A DNA stretch of 13,712 bases from Octopus sinensis (Eukaryota): the NCBI RefSeq assembly GCF_006345805.1, contig NW_021825941.1, positions 1-13,712 on the forward strand. Reading direction: 5' to 3'. The position numbers and the translations under genes are program-made. Below, piece after piece: positions 8,851 to 13,712 of this stretch; position 1 is the stretch's first letter, and every line of letters begins with the position of its first letter. Under the pieces are notes generated by a model. The model saw only the letters and a program-made list of their open reading frames with translations. It was not told the DNA's origin and did no database searches.

Positions 8851-9857
8851 CTAAATGGAAATACACAAACCATAAATTCAACATAATTAACTGAAATTTA
8901 AATGAGTTGAAGAGTTTAGACATGAAGACCAGGAAACTCTCAACATCATACCAAAGCTGACATGGACGAGATATGTCCAACCCATACACAAAAAGAACGG
9001 GCTTTTATATATATAAATAAAAGTTAAAAAACTAATACAAAGTAACCATGGTAGGAGTAGGAAAACTATTCAGAAAAAGCAAAGGTAAACTGATGAAGCC
9101 TTTTGATGCCAATTCCTTTGAGACTGGCCTTTAATCTCAGAGCTGAACTTCATTTTTTAAAGGGATCTCAGTGAAAACTTTCTGTGAATATTTTATCTTA
9201 ACTTATATAGTCCTAGACTCGCCTAAAACCACTAAAAGTTGTGGCGACACAATTAGGTAGTGAAAGTGCTACATTGGAAACTGTGCAAAAAGTGGGGGGT
9301 AAGGGAGAGGCAAGATGTAGTATGAGCACAAACCAAAGAGAGTGTCGGAGTTGGAGACTAGCAAAAAGTGGGGCTAGAGAGAGACAAGATGTAGTATGAA
9401 CACAAACCAAAGAGAGTGTCGGAGTTGGAGACTAGCAAAATCCTCTGGGATTCCCCAATCCAAACAGATCAGGTGCTAGAGCATAACAGACCAGACCTGG
9501 GGGTGGGGGTGGACAAGGTACACCACATATGCTATATATTTGACGTTGCATGTCCCTTTGGCCCATGAATAGTCAAGAAGGAAGAGGAAAAAATAAATAC
9601 AACCCTCTTAAGTACGAAATAGCCTGGCTATGGAAAGTGAAGATAGTGCCAATTATTATTGGATCCTTGGGACCAGTATCAGAAGGCATCTAGGGGAATA
9701 GAGGGCCCAGAATAATCAAGAAAGTACCAGATAGCTGAAAAGAATGGATAGCATGGTACCATAGGCTGCAGGTAGTAAGCCTGCTATGCATGCAAGACTC
9801 TAGGGTCTCCAACAAAACCTCCAATAAAGAAAAAGTAATAATAATAATGATAATAAT
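8851..9857 (+). mobile_element. Decayed, internally deleted R4/Dong-like LINE (RT thumb remnant, post-zinc-knuckle region, restriction-like endonuclease, 3' UTR, TAA tail)
   Basis: LNGNTQTINS (8851), IIN*NLNELKSLDMKTRKL (8883-8939), HHTKADMD (8944), PRLA*NH*KLWRHN*VVKVLHWKLCKKW (9212 onward), YEHKPKRVSELETSKILWDSPIQTDQVLEHNRPDL..FDVACPF (9395-9565; RPD at 9488-9496), then KKEEEKI, PLKYEIAWLWKVKIVPIIIGSLG and RIIKKVPDS* (stop 9736-9738). AATAAA at 9823 and a (TAA)n tail at 9836-9857. Confidence 0.85.
9285..9440 (+). repeat. Tandem duplication (76 + 74 bp) inside the R4/Dong-like LINE
   Basis: Unit 1 (9285-9360) and unit 2 (9361-9434) share CAAGATGTAGTATGA.CACAAACCAAAGAGAGTGTCGGAGTTGGAGACTA. 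GCAAAA occurs at all three boundaries. Confidence 0.92.
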
Positions 9858-10045
9858 TTCTAAAAAATCAAATACAAAACAAGTATGTTACTTTCATTAC
9901 TTGACTGGTACTTTAAAAATCAACCATAGAAGGATTAAAGACAAAATTAGCATCAGCAGGATTTGAACTCAGAATGTAAACGGATACAACTAAATACTAC
10001 GGTACACTATGTCCATTGGACTAGCAATTCTACAAATTGCCACCT
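9858..10045 (-). mobile_element. SINE family 2, copy E (old, diverged)
   Basis: GACTGGTACTT, GAAGGATTAAAGACAAA, B-box at 9962-9971, ends CTAGCAATTCTACAAATTGCCACCT. Confidence 0.65.
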
Positions 10046-10569
10046 TCTCGGTGGAAACAAAATAATAAAAAGAAAAGAAAGAATGATGATAATAATTAGT
10101 GTTAGTGGTGGTGATAGCAACAATGATAATGCCAATGATGATGATGATGTACTTGCACAAAACTTAATTCAATGAACTGCCCCTACCCCACCCTCATCTG
10201 CCTTTGACAAAATATTGCACCTAAAAATTTAAATATTAAAATTTAATTGATTTAAAAGAATCAAATTAAACAATAAATTTCTGTTTGAATTAAAAAAATT
10301 TTTAAACTATTTTTTTTTTGTTGTTTTCCATTTTTTTAAAAATATTTCTTAAAAGGAAAATTACAGCAAAAATACAAACAATAATTTGAATATTGGAAAC
10401 ATGGAAATAAAAAAATAAAATAAATATCAAATAGAAGCTAATATTTGGAATTATTTAGAATTTCCATCCAACAAGAATCAGCAGAGCATAATATTGGGTG
10501 GTCAGGTGGAGTGGGGCACAAGCTGGTAATTTAATTAAGTCATTCATTATCTTGTACTTGTCTAGAACC

Positions 10570-10650
10570 TATTTTTATTTTTGACCCTGGGGAGATGAGA
10601 AGTCAAGTCAGCCTCAGTTGAGTTTGAACTCAAAAATTCAAGAAGAAACA
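10570..10650 (-). mobile_element. SINE family 2, copy F (core fragment)
   Basis: TTTTATTTTTGACCCTGGGGAGATGAGAAGTCAAGTCAGCCTCAGTTGAG followed by the B-box TTTGAACTCA at 10623-10632. Confidence 0.6.
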
Positions 10651-10731
10651 TACATGCTTATAAACCACCTATTTTGCATTTTCATCATTTCTTTCTCTCC
10701 ATTATCCTTATATTGATATTAATTGCAGTAA

Positions 10732-10805
10732 TTTTACGTCTGTTTTTCTATGCTGGCATGGGTTAGATAAATGTATTATTGAAGCATTATTTTACAGCTG
10801 GATGC
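10732..10805 (-). mobile_element. 3'-end fragment of a retroposon (SINE or LINE) family ending ...AACCCATGCCAGCAT.GAAAA.C.GACGT.AAA
   Basis: The - strand reads CTAACCCATGCCAGCATAGAAAAACAGACGTAAAA. A related terminal GACGT.AAA motif with a (GAT)n tail occurs on + at 13059-13083. Family recognition is from memory of octopus repeats. Confidence 0.5.
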
Positions 10806-10827
10806 TGATGATGATGATGATGATGAT

Positions 10828-10866
<39 letters not shown>

Positions 10867-10915
10867 TATTATTATCATTATCCTCATCATCATCATTATT
10901 TTTATGATTATTATT
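10806..10915. repeat. (GAT)n-(CAT)n inverted microsatellite plus degenerate (CAT/TAT)n
   Basis: The 22-bp arms 10806-10827 and 10829-10850 are exact reverse complements. Confidence 0.92.
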
Positions 10916-10948
10916 CTGAAGTCTTATTTTTATTGCCTTTTCTCACAG

Positions 10949-10978
10949 AATCACTGAATGCAGCTCTGTGTACCTTGG
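10949..10978 (+). CDS. Candidate 30-nt internal microexon of an unidentified host gene
   Basis: Acceptor TTATTTTTATTGCCTTTTCTCACAG| and donor TGG|GTATGA; length divisible by 3; two of three frames open (xSLNAALCTLx or xITECSSVYLG). No homology recognised. Confidence 0.35.
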
Positions 10979-11081
10979 GTATGAGCAAAATTTTGTTACA
11001 GTTCTGTTACTTTGATTGTATTGAAAGCACACTAAAGTGAATATGTGAAGTGCCTAGCAGTGCTGTTTTGTATGACATGCA

Positions 11082-11142
<61 letters not shown>

Positions 11143-11193
11143 TTATTATTATTTTTATTATTATTATTATTATTTTTATTATTATTATAGTTA

Positions 11194-11245
<52 letters not shown>

Positions 11246-11247
11246 TA
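11082..11247. repeat. (TAT)n microsatellite
   Basis: Direct reading; source of the poly-Tyr ORF 11045-11248. Confidence 0.95.
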
Positions 11248-11859
11248 ATTTCTTTCTAATCTTTTTTTGCTGTTAGTGCCTCTCGTTAACAATGCTGTAC
11301 AACTTAGCTGACTTTCTATTAAAATATTGCCTTGAATGAGATACTCTTTCAATTAGAGAGAGAAATCATGATACAAACATCAAAAAGTGACAAAATAAAG
11401 ACACATAAAAAAAGGAGCAAAAAAACAAAATGGTAACAGAATGAAGTTTTTGAGATTCACATTAGAAAACTATTCGCTGCCACTGTGTCATCGTCTGATC
11501 TATCAACTTTTTTAACAAGCAATGTTATTGGATTTCATTTTGTTTATCTGCAATTAGATTTGTAAAATTCATGTTTCTTTATTACATTTGCTCTGTTGTT
11601 TTTATATTATTTTTATTATTTTTATTATTTTTATATTATTTCTAATATTATTTTTATATTATTTTTATATTATTTTTATATTATTTTTATGCCATTCTTT
11701 GGAATTAGATTTTTTTGTTTATTATTTTCTCTGTTTTTTTTTTATTTAATGTATAATCTTATATTTCTTACACATTATTTTTTTTCTGGGATTTGTCTTC
11801 GAAAATGAAAAATTTTGTTAAATTTTCTGCAAAATCTTGACCGAAGGAATCTTTTATAT

Positions 11860-12193
11860 TATATATTACACATATACATATGTTACATATACAAGTATAT
11901 ATATGTAACATAGATAAGTATATATATATATATTACATATATATATAGATATAGATATATAATATATATATTTGTTACACACACACACATATATATATAT
12001 GTATGTATACATATATATATTCAATATATATATTTGATATATATATATGTATATATTACACACACACACACATATATATAAATATATATATGTATACATA
12101 TATATACACATATATAAATGTAACATATACATATATATATTTATATCTATATATATGTCACACACTGCATATATATAATACATATATGCTTAC

Positions 12194-12230
<37 letters not shown>
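11860..12230. repeat. Compound degenerate (TA)n/(CA)n microsatellite field
   Basis: Direct reading of the sequence. Confidence 0.9.
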
Positions 12231-12235
<5 letters not shown>

Positions 12236-12339
12236 TTGTAATTTAAGTTCTAAAGTATATCAAAATATATTTACCATAGTGCAAAGATTATCTGATATTG
12301 TACTTAATACATTCAATAGAGTGGACAGATATATTTTTT

Positions 12340-12340
<1 letters not shown>

Positions 12341-12392
<52 letters not shown>
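12341..12392. repeat. (AC)n microsatellite
   Basis: Direct reading of the sequence. Confidence 0.95.
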
Positions 12393-12395
<3 letters not shown>

Positions 12396-12652
12396 ATTCC
12401 CAAGAGGAGGACGGTGGTGATATGGTGGATCTATAAAACGCAATTATGAAAGTTGTCTCTATGCAATCATTCTGAGAATATATATATATATAAATGTGTG
12501 TGTGTGTGTATGTCATGTACATGATATATGTATGTATGTGTATGCTAGTATATGTGTATTTGTTTCATCAAAAATGCTTAAAAATCATTAAAAAAATTTT
12601 AATATTTGATAAATAGGAAAAAATTGTACTTTTTCATTTTTTAATTAGGGCT

Positions 12653-12773
12653 CACACACACACAAACACAAGCAAACACACACACACAAACACAAGCAAA
12701 CACACACACAAACACAAGCAAACACACACACACAAACACAAGCAAACACACACACACAAACACAAGCAAACAC
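12653..12773. repeat. Minisatellite, about 5 copies of the 24-bp unit CAAACACAAGCAAACACACACACA
   Basis: The single G of each unit falls at 12672, 12696, 12718, 12742 and 12766 (spacings 24, 22, 24, 24). Confidence 0.92.
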
Positions 12774-12965
12774 GCAAATGCAAACAGCCAACTCACAGCA
12801 AAAAACCCCCCCAATAAAATATATTATTAATCTTTCTGTCCTGCCTCCCCACCACTCATGCCATACCCACCCCTAAACCCTTTACCCCCCCATCCCTCAC
12901 CCTTAGTGTACAATCTTGAAAAGTTTAGTGCTTCATTTACTTACAGAGCATCTATAAGCTGGAGG

Positions 12966-13303
12966 GATGTGTGTGTGTGTCTGTGTGTCTGTGTGTATGT
13001 ATCTATATATATATATATATAGATATATAGATATATAGATAGATAGATATAGATATTTCGGACGTTAAATGATGATGATGATGTATATGTATATATGTAT
13101 ATATGTATATATTTGTATATATATGCGTATATATACATATATGTACACATATGTATACATATATATACATACATAATATACTTACATAAATAATATATAT
13201 GCATGTATATATATGTATGTATGTGTACATATATATGGATATATATATATATATATATCTATATATACATGCATACACAAACGTATATATGATATATATA
13301 TAT

Positions 13304-13352
<49 letters not shown>

Positions 13353-13458
13353 GACATATGACATATACATATATATATATGTATATGTATATATATATAC
13401 ATGACATACAAATATACATACATACATTATATATATATGTGTGTGTGTGTGTGTGTAT
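12966..13458. repeat. Compound (GT)n/(TA)n/(GATA)n/(TACA)n microsatellite field
   Basis: Direct reading; source of several Ile/Tyr-rich ORFs. Confidence 0.9.
13059..13083 (+). mobile_element. Minimal 3' terminus of a retroposon (CGGACGTTAAA + (TGA)n tail) inside the microsatellite field
   Basis: CGGACGTTAAATGATGATGATGATG matches the terminal motif seen in reverse at 10732-10745. Confidence 0.4.
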
Positions 13459-13712
13459 AATTCTTTTTTGGAACTGGGTCTTGGAGTACATATATATAGC
13501 TATAAATAATAACATATAAATGCTGGATTGAAAACCCATTTTGGAAAGTAAAAGTCAAAAACTGCCTTTGGGGACCCAATATTGCCATGCTTTCAATCCT
13601 AGCATTGTATGGAATTGAAGAACCAGTTTGGAAACGGACTGGTTCCATGTTCTCTTGAAAGTCTTTAAATTCTCTTGATGTCAATAAACTGTAAATGAGT
13701 GCAATGCATGAG

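Noticed and set aside
9090-9150. C/D-box snoRNA-like layout (CTGATGA ... CAATTCCTTTGAG, complementary to small-subunit rRNA ... CTGA)
   Set aside because: The C box is imperfect, there is no convincing terminal stem, no canonical D' box follows the guide-like segment, and it lies inside a decayed LINE. A snoscan or Rfam hit or small-RNA reads would be needed to revive it.
12866-12882. Telomere-like CCCTAAACCC
   Set aside because: It is a single unit within a C-rich patch, not a tandem array.
11866-13539. Long ORFs (105-178 aa) across the right-hand repeat fields
   Set aside because: They are almost entirely (TA)n/(CA)n translations (YI and HT repeats).

Overview
This is eukaryotic, AT-rich, repeat-dominated DNA with no intact gene. 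The repeat families and microsatellite load suggest an octopus or other coleoid cephalopod intron or intergenic region; this is an inference, not a database result. Contents from left to right: (1) a decayed RTE-clade LINE on + (1-2893), cut by the left window edge, with the end of an APE endonuclease, an RT domain (FVDLTKAFD, YADD), three tandem C-terminal C2H2-type fingers, a 3' hairpin and a (TATG)n tail; (2) a tRNA-type SINE on - with an internal microsatellite; (3) a 506-bp non-autonomous Helitron with both canonical ends; (4) six co-oriented copies of a second tRNA-type SINE, four of them head-to-tail and joined by (AAT)n; (5) two decayed R4/Dong-like restriction-like-endonuclease LINE fragments ending in (TAA)n; (6) many microsatellites. 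The best host-gene candidate is a 30-nt exon-like segment with strong splice signals at 10949-10978. Almost all ORF-track entries outside the LINE remnants are microsatellite translations. I see no convincing new biological system. The most interesting items are the triple-finger RTE C-terminus, the stacking of elements in (TAA)n tails, and the candidate microexon.
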